DNA of 64,000 nt from Malacoraja senta (Eukaryota). The stretch lies in NCBI GenBank assembly GCA_038087875.1, contig CM075987.1, forward strand, positions 310,001 to 374,000. Reading direction: 5' to 3'. The position numbers and the translations under genes are program-made. Under the pieces are notes generated by a model. It was given only the letters and a program-made list of their open reading frames with translations, ran no database searches and was not told the DNA's origin. This document shows positions 35,460 to 47,520 of this stretch, one piece after another. The stretch's first letter is position 1; every line of letters begins with the position of its first letter.

Positions 35460-38400
35460 TGTATTTTACTTGCTTATCTTTTTTTGTAATCAATTCTATA
35501 TCACATCTTTTCTTTCTTTTTCTAAGGCACTATACAAGAAGGAGATGCAATATAAATCTAAAAACTTGGGATGACCACCCAACACCCAGAATTCTGAGAT
35601 ATTTGGTTGCACCATATGATTCAGGAATACTATTTTGATATATAATGCAAGACGATAGACAAATAAAGAATGGAGGAATTACATTCTGTAGTTGGAATAT
35701 AAGGGGTGCCAATGAACCAATTAAGAGAGGTAAATTTTTTTGCTCAACTAAAATTTTTGAAAAGCGACATAATGTTTTTACAAGAAACTCACATGAAACA
35801 ACAAACACAAATGAGATTAAAGGCGAAGTGGATAGGTCAAACATACTATTCATCATTTACTTCTAAATCTAGAGGTACGGCTATTCTTATTCGAAAAGGT
35901 ATACCTTTTAAATTAAAGAATACTATATCAGATAAAGAGGGAAGGTATATTATAGTTTCGGGAGAAATTTATGCAACCCCACTAACTATGATAAATATTT
36001 ACGCTCCGAATTTTGAAAACCCCCAATTTTTTGATAAAATTATAGATATAATATCAGAGTTTAATTACCAAAATGTGATAATATGGGGGGGACTTCAACT
36101 GTGTTTTAGATTCATATCTAGACAAATCAGTAAAACAAAGGAGGAGTAATTTAAAATCTAAGACTAGTGAACTTCTAAATACATATATAAAAACTACTAA
36201 TATAACAGATGTATGGAGATCTGCTAATCCAGTTCGAAGGGAATACTCGTTTTACTCTTCGGTACATAAAACTTATTCAAGAATCGATTATTTTTTAGTG
36301 GATATGAAATTAATGCCATATACAATTAATCCAACATACCACATTAGTAGTATTTCTGATCACTCTCCATTGACATTTTCAGTAAAATTCGAGGGAATGC
36401 CGGGTAAAAAAAAATTTGGGAGGTTTAATACACATATTTTAAATAACATACAAGGTTATCAATATTTAAAACAACAAATGAATTTTTTTTTGATACAAAT
36501 GATACACCAGGTACTTCGCCTTCTTTATTATGGGAACCTTTTAGGGCATTTATTAGAGGAATTATAATTTCATATCAAATTTTTCAAAATAAAAAGAATA
36601 AGACAGAACAAATGTTGTTAGAACAAGAAATTAGACAGTTAGAGTTAGATAATGCTAAAGATTCCACTACAGATAAACATAATAAGATAATGTTACTGAA
36701 ATTTAAACTTAATCAAATTTTATCGGCAAGAGTAATAAGATTATTCCAAATTACAAAACAGGAACATTTTGAGTTTGGTGGCAAACCACATAAGCTTTTA
36801 GCTCGTCAATTGAAAAAACAAGAAAAGGAAAATCCTATAACTAAAATTAAATCAGAGAAAGGTGAATTACTAATACTACCTAAAGATATTAATAACAGAT
36901 TTGCTCAATTTTATCAAAATGTATATACATCTAAAACTAAAATAGAAGATAGTAAAATTAAAATTTGTTTAGATAATTGTAATCTTCCAAAACTTGACCT
37001 TTTGGAACAAGAGGAATTTGGAGCTCAAATTACAATCGAAGAAATAGGTGAAACAATAAAATCGTTGAAAAATGGTAAGATGGACCAGATGGTTTTAGTA
37101 ATGAATTTTATAAAAAAAATGTCATGAGATAACGACTCCTTATTTATTTAATTTATATACTCACGCTTTTAAAGAAAATAAACTACCTGAAACATTAGCA
37201 GAATCAACTATTACGCTTATTCCAAAAAAAGATAAAGATTTAGATGATCCGGGCTCATATAGAGCTATATCATTTTTAAATACAGACCAGAAAATTTTAG
37301 CAAAGACTTTAGCAAGAAGATTAAGCAAATATATTAGTAAATTGATAAACCATGATCAAACGGGGTTTATACCCAAAAGATATTCATTTAATAATTCGAG
37401 ACGCCTGTTTAATATAATGTACTCACATAAAGTGGAGGAAGAAGATATATCAATTATTTCTTTGGACACAGAGAAAGCATTTGATCAGGTAGAATGGCAG
37501 TACTTATACAAAATACTGCAAAAATTTAATATGGGAGAGAATTTTATTACATGGGTAAAATTATTATATGACAAACCAATGGCAAGAATATTAACTAATA
37601 ATATGTTATCTCAAAAATTTCAATTATCAAGGGGTAATAGGCAGGGATGTGCGTTATCACCCCTGCTATTTGCCCTTATGATAGAACCTTTGGCTGAAAG
37701 TTTAAGAATTCATCCGAATATTCAAGGCTATAATACTAGAGACTCGAATAATAAAATTTCATTATATGCAGACGATATATTTTATATATTACAAAGTCAC
37801 AAACAAGCATACCAAATTTATTAAATTTAATAGAGGAATTCGGGTCCTTTTCTGGATATAGAACAAACTGGAATAAAAGTGAAATCATGACGTTAAAACC
37901 TCAAGAATCTACACACTTACTGAAGTTCCCCTTTAAAATTGCAACAGAAATATTTAAATATTTGGGTATTCAGATTACTACAAAATATAAAGCATTATTC
38001 AACGCTAATGTTATACCTTTATTAAATAAACTTAATATGCAGATTAAATTTTGGAAAACACTTCCTTTATCATTAATACGTAGAATAAATGTCATAAAAA
38101 TGATCTTTCTACCACAATTATTATACCTATTTCAGTCTATACCAGTATATATACCAAAATACTTTTTTTTTAAATTAGACTATTAAATATTACTAATTTT
38201 ATTTGGGATTATAGATCACATAGAATTTAAAAAAAACACTTATGTAAACCGAAAGATGTCGGGGGACTTTCACTCCCGAATTTTTTGTATTACTACTGGG
38301 CAGTGCATATTAAGAATATAATTTATTGGTTGGACAGTTCTACCCAACAGACAGAATGGATGAAAATGGAGAAAGAGGATTGTTTTCCTTGTAATATAGG

Positions 38401-39767
38401 AACGATCCTCTTCTCCCCGAAAAAACGTAACAACACAATATATAAGAAGGACCCAATTATACATGATACAATAAGAATTTGGAAACAAATAAAATTATCC
38501 TTAAAATTAAGAAATTTATCATTGTTAATGCCAATAGCGAATAATCCTTTATTTAAACCATCTCTTATTGATAAAACATATAATCAATGGGAAAGTTTAG
38601 GAATTAAAAGGATCGGGGATATGTATGAAATGGGAAATCTATTATCATTCCAACAACTACATTTAAAATTTAAATTGAAAAACAACCAATATTTTAAATA
38701 TCTTCAGATTTGCGATTTCATGAAGAAATACATACAAGGATATCAAAAAATAACTCCTCTTATTGGAAGCAATGAATATTAAAGCTGACTCACAAAAATA
38801 AATATCATATTTATATAATAGTATTTTAAATATAGACCTACCATCGACAGAGGTACTTAGAGAAGAGTGGGAACGGGAATTAATGATAAAAATTACGAAA
38901 GTTACATGGGAAAAGTACTTGATGTACATTCACAAATGTTCGATTAATGCAAGACATAATCTAATTCAATTATAATTTTTACATAGATTGTATTATTCAA
39001 AAATAAGACTGAATGAATTCTATCCAAATATATCCCCCATTTGCGATAAATGTTTATCCCAAAACGCAACTATAACACACTCTTTTGTTTCCTGCATAAA
39101 ACTTTATAGATTTTGGAGTGATATTTTTGAAATATTTACAAAATTATTTAAGATAAGAATGGAACCTAATACTGAAATTATTATATTTGGAGTAATGGAA
39201 GATGGGAATAAATTGAACTCATCTCAAAATTTATTTTTTAATTATGGTTTAATAATAGCAAAAAAATTAATACTTAAATTTTGGAAAAAATACACCAATA
39301 CCAACGCTTAAAATGTGGATCGCAAGCATGTTGGACACTGCACATCTTGAGGAAATGCGATTCCTCCTAATAGATAAATCAGACCAATTCATAACGAGTT
39401 GGTCTCCATTTGTCGTCTTTTTGGAATCATATGATGCAACACAATTGTAAAAGCGAACTGTCTCAGGACTGGGCGAGGGATGGACAAGATTATAAATAAT
39501 GATCTCCTTTTTTGTATTTTTTACTCTCTTTTTCCTATTTTCTTTTCTTCAACTTTCTTCTTTCATTCTTCTTTTTTTTTCACACACTATATATCTCACG
39601 TTTTTCTATCCTTTATTATCTAATTTCTTTTTCTTATTTTTCTTTATTATAATAAAAAAATAAGAAGCTGCATATAAAATGTATTATGAAAATATATATT
39701 AGGCACTTTGGTGCCATACGATTGTACTTACTTCTAATAAAATTTATTTTAAAAAAAATTTAAAAAA
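35460..39767 (+). mobile_element. L1-clade LINE, 5'-truncated to the inter-ORF spacer; ORF2 (APE-RT-CCHC) fragmented
   Basis: SWNIRG, FLQETH, NIYAPN, SDHSP (APE); LDTEKAFD, QGCALSPLLF, LYADD (RT); CDKC..H..SC C-terminal finger. AATAAA and poly(A) at 39736-39767. TTT/AGAA target with AGAA duplication. Confidence 0.93.
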
Positions 39768-39812
39768 AGAACGGAGATGAAGAAACACTTTTTCACACAG
39801 AGAGTTGTGTCT

Positions 39813-42800
39813 ATAACCATATAACAATTACAGCATGGAAACAGGCCATCTCGGCCCTTCAAGTCCATGCCGAACACTTTTTCTCCCCTAGTCCCATCTA
39901 CCTGCAGTCAGACCATAACCCTCCATTCCTCTCTCGTCCATATACCCATCCAATCTATTTTTAAATGATAAAATCGAACCTGCCTCCACCACTTCCACTG
40001 GAAGCTCATTCCACACAGCTATCACTCTCTGAGTAAAGAAGTTCCCCCTAATATTACCCCTAAACTTCTGTCCCTTAATTCTCAAGTCATGTATTCTTGT
40101 TTGAATCTTCCCAACTCTCAACGGGAAAAGCTTATCCACGTCAACTCTGTCTATCCGTCTCATCATTTTAAAGACCTCTATCGTCCCCCCTTAATCTTCT
40201 GCACTCCAAAGAATAAAGACCTAACTTGTTCAGCCTTTCTCTGTAATTTAGTTGCTGAAACCCAGGCAACATTCTCGTAAATCTCCTCTGTACTCTCTCT
40301 ATTTTGTTGACATCTTTCCTATAATTAGGCAACCAAAATTTTACTCCATACTCCAGAATAGGCCTCACCAATGCCTTGTACAATTTTAACATTACATCCC
40401 AACTTCTATACTCAATGCTCTGATTTATAAAGGCCAGCACACCAAAAGCTTTCTTTACCACCCTATCTACATGAGATTCCACCTTCAGGGAACTATGCAC
40501 AGTTATTCCTAGATCCCTCTGTTCAACTGCATTCCTCAATTCGCTACCATTTACCATGTACGTCCTATTTTGATTTGTCCTGCCAAGATGTAGCACCTCA
40601 CATTTATCAGCATTAAACTCCATCTGCCATCTTTCAGCCCACTCTTCCAAATGGCCTAAATCTCTCTGTAGACTTTGAAAATCTACTTCATTATCCACAA
40701 CCCAACCTATCTTAGTATCGTCTGCATGCTTACTAATCCAATTTTCCACACCATCATCCAGATCATTGATGTACATGACAAACAACAGTGGACCGAACAC
40801 AGACCCCTGAGGCACCCCACTAGTCACCGGCCTCCAACCTGACAAACAGCCATCCAGCATGACTCTCTGGCATCTCCCATTCAGCCACTGTTGAATCAAT
40901 CTTGCTACTCCACCATTAATACCCAACAATTGAATATTCTTAACCAACCTTCCATGAGGAACCTTGTCAAAGGCCTTACTGAAGTCCATATAGACAACAT
41001 CCACTGCTTTACCCTCATCAATTTCCCTAGTAACCTCTTCGAAAAATTCAAGAAGATTAGTCAAACATGACCTTCCAGGCACAAATCCATGTTGACTGTT
41101 CTTAATCAGACCCTGTTTATCCAGATGCTTATATATATTATCCCTAAGTATCCTTTCCATTAATTTGCCCCCCACTGACGTCAAACTAACAGGTCTATAA
41201 TTGCTAGGTTTACTCTTAGAACCATTTTTAAACAATGGAACAACATGCGCAGTACGCCAATCCTCCGGCACTATTCCCGTTTCTAATGACATTTGAAATA
41301 TTTCTGTCATAGCCCCTGCTATTTCTACACTAACTTCCCTCAATGTCCTATGGAATATCCTGTCAGGACCTGGAGACTTATCCGTTTTCATATTTTTCAA
41401 AAGTGTCCACACTTCCTCTTCTTTGAATCTCATAGTTTCCATTGCTACTCTGCTCGTTTCCCTTACCTCACATAATTCAATATCCTTCTCCTTGGTGAAT
41501 ACCGAAGAAAAGAAATTGTTCAATGTCTCCCCCATCTCTATCGGCTCTGCAGATAGCTGTCCACCCTGACTCTCTAATGGACCAATTTTATTCCTTGTTA
41601 TCGTTTTGCTAATAATATAGCTGTAGAAACCCTTTGGGTTTACTTTCACCTTACTTGCCAAAGCAACCTCATATCTTCTTTTAGCTTTTCTAATTTCTCT
41701 CTTAAGATTCTTTTTACATACTTTATACTCCTGCAGCACCTCATTTACTCCATATTACTCCTATAATAATTGTAGATCTCTCTCTTTTTCCGAACCAAGT
41801 GTCCAATTTCCCTTGAAAACCATGGCTCTTTCCAATTTTTACTATTTCCTTTCAACCGAACAGGGACATAAAGATTCTGTACTCTTAAAATTTCACCTTT
41901 AAATGTCCTCCATTTCGCTTCTACATTCTTCCCATAAAACAACATGTCCCAATTCACTCCTTTTAAATCCTTTCGCATCTCCTCAAAGTTAGCCTTTCTC
42001 CAGTAAAAAATCTCAACCTTAGGTCCAGTTCTGACCCTCTCCATAATTATATTGAAACTAATGGTATTGTGATCACTGGACCAAAAGTGCTCCCCAACAC
42101 ATACCTCCGCCACCTGACCTGTCTCATTTCCCAACAGGAGGTCCAGCACTGCCCCTTCTCTTGTAGGTACCTCTATGTATTGCTGCAAAAAACTATCCTG
42201 CACACATTTTACAAACTCCAAACCATCCAGCCCTTTTACAGAATGTGTTTCCCAGTCTATGTGTGGAAAATTGAAATCTCCTACAATCACTACCTTGTGC
42301 TTACTACTAATATCTGCTATCTCCTTACATATTTGCTCTTCCAATTCTCGCTCTCCATTAGGCGGTCTATAATACACCCCTATAAGTGTTGCTACCCCTT
42401 TCCCATTTCTCAGTTCCAGCCATATAGCCTCCCTAGACGAGCCCTCTAATCTATCCTGCCAAAGCACTGCTGTAATATCTTCCTTGACAAGCAATGCAAC
42501 ACCCCCACCTCTTGCCCCTCCCACTCTATCCCACTTAAAGCAACGAAATCCTGGAATATTTAGTTTCCACTCACAGCCCTCCTGCAACCATGTTTCACTG
42601 ATTGCCACAACATCATACTTCCAGGAGTCAATCCAGGCTTTAAGCTCATCCACCTTTCTTACAATGCTCCAAGCATTTAAATATACACATTTAAGTAACC
42701 CACCACCACTTATTCTCTGTTTATTATCTTTTTCTTCTTTCACCCCTACATTTTGGGTCCGAGTGCTTCCCTTCTCTGCCTCCTGCCTCACACCCTGACT

Positions 42801-44289
42801 ACTAGCTTTCCATATTCGAGTCCCTCCCCCCAACCGTTCTAGTTTAAAGCCTCCCCAGTAGCCTTTGCAAATCTCCCCGCCAGGATATTGGTCCCCCTCG
42901 GGTTCAAGTGCAATCCGTCCTTTTTGTACAGTTCATACCTTCCCCAAAAGAGGTCCCAATGATCCAGAAACTTGAATCCCTGCCCACTGCACCAGTTCCT
43001 CAGCCACGTAGTTATCCTCCACCTCATTCCATTCCTACTCTCACTGTCTCGTGGCACAGGTAATAATCCTGAGATTATTATATTTTTGGTCCTTCTCCTT
43101 AACTCTCCTCCCAACTCCCTAAATTCTCCTTTCAGGACCTCTTCTCTCTTTCTACCTATGTCATTGTTACCTATATGTACCACGACCTCAGGCTCCTCTC
43201 CCTCCGATTTCAGGATATCTAGGACGCATTCAGACACATCCCTGACCCTGGCACCAGGGAGGCAAACTACCATCTGGGTCTCCTGACTGCGTCCACAGAA
43301 TCCCCTATCTGACCCCCTAACTATAGAGTCCCCTATTGCTATTGCCCTCCTCTTCTTTTCCCTACCCTTCTGAGCAACAGGGCCGGTCTCTGTGCCGGAG
43401 GCCCGGCCGCTGTCGCTACCCGCAGGAAGGCTGTCCCCCCCAACCGTACTTAAACATGAGTACTTATTTTCAAGGTGTACAGCCACCGGGGTACTCACTA
43501 GTCCTTGACTCTGCCCCTTGCCCTTCCTAACAGTGACCCACTTGTCTGCCTCCCATGGTCTTGGAGTGACCACCTCGCTATAACTCCTTTCTATAACCTC
43601 CTCACTCTCCCTGATCAGACATAGGTCATCGAGCTGCTGCTCCAGGTTCCTAACACGGTCCCTTAGGAGCCCCATCTGGACACACCTGGACGTCTGGAGG
43701 GGTATCAGACTCCATGACCTCCCACATCTGACATCCAGAACAGTAAACTGCCCTGGCCCTCATTCTTCCCTTCTGTACCTAGGATAATATACAAAACCTT
43801 ACCCTGGATTCATTACAAAGCCTTACCCTGGGTACAAGCCAATCAGCGGCTTCCCCTAGTCCGTTTCCACCAATCAGTGGCTTTCTCAAGCCCACTTAAT
43901 TTGAAGTGTGAACTGCCGATGGAACGTTGCAGAGTTTGGTTCCTCCCTCTGTAACGGCTCCTGGGCCTATGCTGAAACAAGCCCCGCGATGGGTTTTTTA
44001 ACCTACCGCCCGGACATCGCTCCTCCCTTTGTAACGGCTCCTGGGCCTCTGCTGAAACAAGCCCCGCGATGGGTTTTTGAACCTACCGCCCGGACGTCGC
44101 TCCTCCCTCTGTAACGGCTCCTGGGCCTCTGCTGAAACAAGCCCCGCGATGGGTTTTTGAACCTACCGCCCGGACGTCGCTCCTCCCTCTGTAACGGCTC
44201 CTGGGCCTCTGCTGAAACAAGCCCCGCGATGGGTTTTTGAACCTACCGCCCTGACGTCGCTCCTCCCTCTGTAACGGCTCCTGGGCCTC
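39813..44289 (-). mobile_element. Near full-length CR1 LINE: 80-bp monomer 5' array, ORF1 (CxxC + SGNH esterase), ORF2 (APE + RT, frameshifted)
   Basis: ORF1 starts near 43763 (MRARAVYCSGC, with a frameshift) and has GDSIVRG, GNND and DGLH blocks. APE ORF 41745-42833, RT ORF 40168-41739. ATAACCAT tail. Host CR1 sequence resumes at both edges. Confidence 0.93.
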
Positions 44290-44290
44290 T
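43941..44290. repeat. Tandem array of an 80-bp GC/CpG-rich unit, about 4.4 copies
   Basis: gtaacggctc recurs at 43951, 44031, 44111, 44191 and 44271, an exact 80-bp period. Confidence 0.97.
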
Positions 44291-44974
44291 CTGTGGAATT
44301 CTCTGCCACGGAAGGCGCTGGAGGCCGATTCTCTGGATACTTTCAAGAGAGAACATGAAAGATAGCGGAGACTCTTAAAAATAGCGGAGTCAGGGGATAT
44401 GGGGAGAAGCCAGGAACGGGGTACTGATTGTGGATGATCAGCCATGATCACACTGAATGACGGTGCTGCCTCGAAGGGCCGATTGGCCTACTCCTGCACC
44501 TACTGTCGATTGTCTATTGTCTTCTGAAAATTACAACATAACACTGCAACCATTATATTCTATGCCATGTGCTTCCTTCAGCATGTTGTTGTTCTGTCTT
44601 GCCACTTTCTGGGAATTGGGGTATTGGAAACGAAGGCCTCACCGTTCATCAACATTCCTTGTCCTTCAAGATTTACTGCAATTTTCCTACCTCCATCTGT
44701 CTTCCCAAAATGCATAATCTTCCCCAAATACCAGATTTATTCGGATTTAATTTCATCTGTCAAAGCTTCCAGGGCGTTCCGTTGTATGTTAGCCTTAGAC
44801 AACATTCTTCGCTATTCATATTATCTAAAATTATTGTGACATCCGCAGACTTAAAAACATACCTCATAATTTAAAATCCACGACGTCAATATGCACACAA
44901 CACTCCAATTTCGGCCTAATCAATGTCTTGTACATTCAATGTAATGTAAATGCATGTGTAAATATATGCCAGAG

Positions 44975-45112
44975 AATAGTAAGATTAAACAAGAACTTAC
45001 CAGTTTGAAGTTTGATCTTTATTTTATGAGGGGTTACGATGAGCGATTACGTGAAGCACCCCGTCAGTCGGCATGCGCGTCAATCTTCAAAGCAGCGGTG
45101 TGAAATCACAGA
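44975..45112 (+). mobile_element. DIRS-type terminal repeat copy (left ITR-like)
   Basis: Matches the reverse complement of about 50830-50970 over roughly 135 bp, with several substitutions. Confidence 0.8.
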
Positions 45113-45121
45113 TAAAACTTA

Positions 45122-46076
45122 ACATAGAAACATAGAAAATAGGTGCAGGAGTAGGCCATTCGGCCCTTCGAGCCTGCACCGCCATTCAATATGATCATGG
45201 TTGATCATCCAACTCAGTATCCTGTTCCTGCCTTCTCTCCATACCCCCTGATCCCTTTAGCCACAAGGGCCACATCTAACTCCCTCTTAAATATAGCCAA
45301 TGAACTGGCCTCAACTACCTTCTGTGGCAGAGAGTTCCAGAGATTCACCACTCTCTGTGTGAAAAATGTTTTTCTCAATTCGGTCCTAAAGGATTTCCCC
45401 TTTATCCTTAAACTGTGACCCCTTGTCCTGGACTTCCCCAACATCGGGAACAATCTTCCTGCATCTAGCCTGTCCAACCCCTTAAGAATGTTGTAAGTTT
45501 CTATAAGATCCCCCCTCAATCTTCTAAATTCTAGCGAGTACAAGCCGAGTCTATCCAGTCTTTCTTCATATGAAAGTCCTGACATCCCAGGAATCAGTCT
45601 GGTGAACCTTCGCTGTACTCCCTCTATGGCAAGAATGTCTTTCCTCAGATTTGGAGACCAAAACTGTACGCAATACTCCAGGTGTGGACTCACCAAGACC
45701 CTGTACAACTGCAGTAGAACCTCCCTGGTCCTATACTCAAATCCTTATGCTATGAATGCTAACATACCATTCGCTTTCTTCACTGCCTGCTGCACCTGCA
45801 TGCCTACTTTCAATGACTGGTGTACCATGACACTCAGGTCTCGTTGCATCTCCCCTTTTCCTAATCGGCCACCATTTAGATAATAGTCTACTTTCCTGTT
45901 TTTGTCCCCAAAGTGGATAACCTCACATTTATCCACATTATACTGCATCTGCCATGCATTTGCCCACTCACCCAGCCTATCCAAGTCACCTTGCAGCCTC
46001 CTAGCATCCTCCTCACAGCTAACACTGCCCCCAGCTGCGTGTCATCTGCAAATTTGGAGATGTTGCATTCAATTTC
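45122..46076 (-). mobile_element. CR1 3' fragment (same subfamily as 27294-30627)
   Basis: (CATAGAAA)n tail and RT C-terminal ORFs. Confidence 0.9.
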
Positions 46077-46079
46077 CGC

Positions 46080-46740
46080 TTCCTGGGAATCCACATTGAG
46101 GAGGACCTGAGTTGGAGCGTGAACACCTCTGCGCTGCTGAAAAAGGTCCAGCAGAGACTGTACTTCCTGAGGGTGCTCAGAAGAACAACATCACCCAGAG
46201 ACTGCTGCTATCCTTTTATCGATGCTCAATTGAGAGCATCTTAACATACTGTGTATGCGTGTGGTACACCAGCTGCACAGCGGCTAAGGGGAAGGCGCTC
46301 CAGAGGGCAATTGACAACGCCCAGAAGATTATCGGCTGCCCTCTCCTCACCTTGAAGGACCTACACAGTTCCCACTGTCTCAAAAAATCCAAGAAGATCA
46401 TAAAGGACACACTCCACCCTGGTCACTCCCTGTTTGTACTGCTGCCGTCAGGCAGACGGTACAGAACAATGAGGACAAGGACAAACAGACTCAAAATCAG
46501 TTTTTATCCCACAGCAATAAATACACTTAATGTAGCCACCAAATAAGTACAGGTGCGCTACACACCAAAGGGACTGGGAAATCGACAGAAGAATGTGGTT
46601 TTTTTCATGTTATTTATTTTAGTTGTTTATCTTAGACTTTTGCTCTAAGAAAATGTGTGCACTGACTAGTTGGCATTTCTAATTTCGTTGTACATGTTTA
46701 CATGTTATAATGACAATAAAGTATTCATTCATTCATTCAT
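46080..46740 (+). mobile_element. Rex1/Babar-like LINE 3' end
   Basis: [27 protein letters not shown] motif, ending aatgacaataaa and (ATTC)n. Confidence 0.8.
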
Positions 46741-46784
46741 AAGAATAGTATAAACAAACAAACTACATACATATATACATATAG

Positions 46785-47320
46785 CCCTCGCTCAGAGGAC
46801 GTCAAGAAAGGCTTGGGAGTACAGGTACGTTTTTAGTCTAGACTTAAGGGAGTCGATGGAGGGGCCAGTTCTGATGGGAAGAGGGATGCTGTTCCACAGT
46901 CTAGGAGCTGCAACCGCAAAGGCGCGGTCGCCCCTGAGCTTATGCCTAGACCGCGGGATATTCAGCAACCCCAAGTTGGCCGATCTGTAGGACCTGGAGG
47001 TGGTGTGGTGGGTGAGAAGACTTTTAATGTAGGTGGGTGCAAGCCCATTGAGGGCTTTGTAGACATGGAGGAGGATCTTGAAATTTATTCGGAACCACAC
47101 AGGGAGCCAGTGGAGAGAGGCCAGGATCGGGGTGATGTGGTCCCTTTTTCGGTTGCCCGTCTGGAGTCTCGCTGCGGAGTTTTGGACCAGTTGCAGGCGG
47201 GACAGGGAAGATTGGCTGATGCCAGTGTAAAGGGAGTTGCAGTAATCTAGGCGGGATAAAAGTGTGGATGATCTTTTCGAGGTCATCTTTTCAACTGTGA
47301 CATGAATAGTGACAGGGACT
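46785..47320 (-). mobile_element. L2-clade LINE 3' end, running into the gap
   Basis: SRLDYCNSL..LQLVQNSAAR..DHITPILASLHWLPV..RAFAVAAPRLWNS. Confidence 0.88.
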
Positions 47321-47520
47321 NNNNNNNNNNNNNNNNNNNNNNNNNNNNNNNNNNNNNNNNNNNNNNNNNNNNNNNNNNNNNNNNNNNNNNNNNNNNNNNN
47401 NNNNNNNNNNNNNNNNNNNNNNNNNNNNNNNNNNNNNNNNNNNNNNNNNNNNNNNNNNNNNNNNNNNNNNNNNNNNNNNNNNNNNNNNNNNNNNNNNNNN
47501 NNNNNNNNNNNNNNNNNNNN
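47321..47520. other. Assembly gap (200 N)
   Basis: Run of N. The sequences on either side (L2 and DIRS RT) are unrelated. Confidence 1.

Larger units (their letters stand above)
34645..44521 (+). mobile_element. Host CR1 3' fragment (34645-35459, 39768-39812, 44290-44521) split by two large insertions
   Basis: RT ORFs 34616-35113 and 35147 onward. Sequence resumes as agaacggagatg after the L1 and as tctgtggaattc after the inserted CR1, and ends in a TTGTC-type tail. Confidence 0.85.

Noticed and set aside
43941-44290. CRISPR array
   Set aside because: Contiguous 80-bp units with no unique spacers, in a vertebrate genome, and part of a LINE 5' end.
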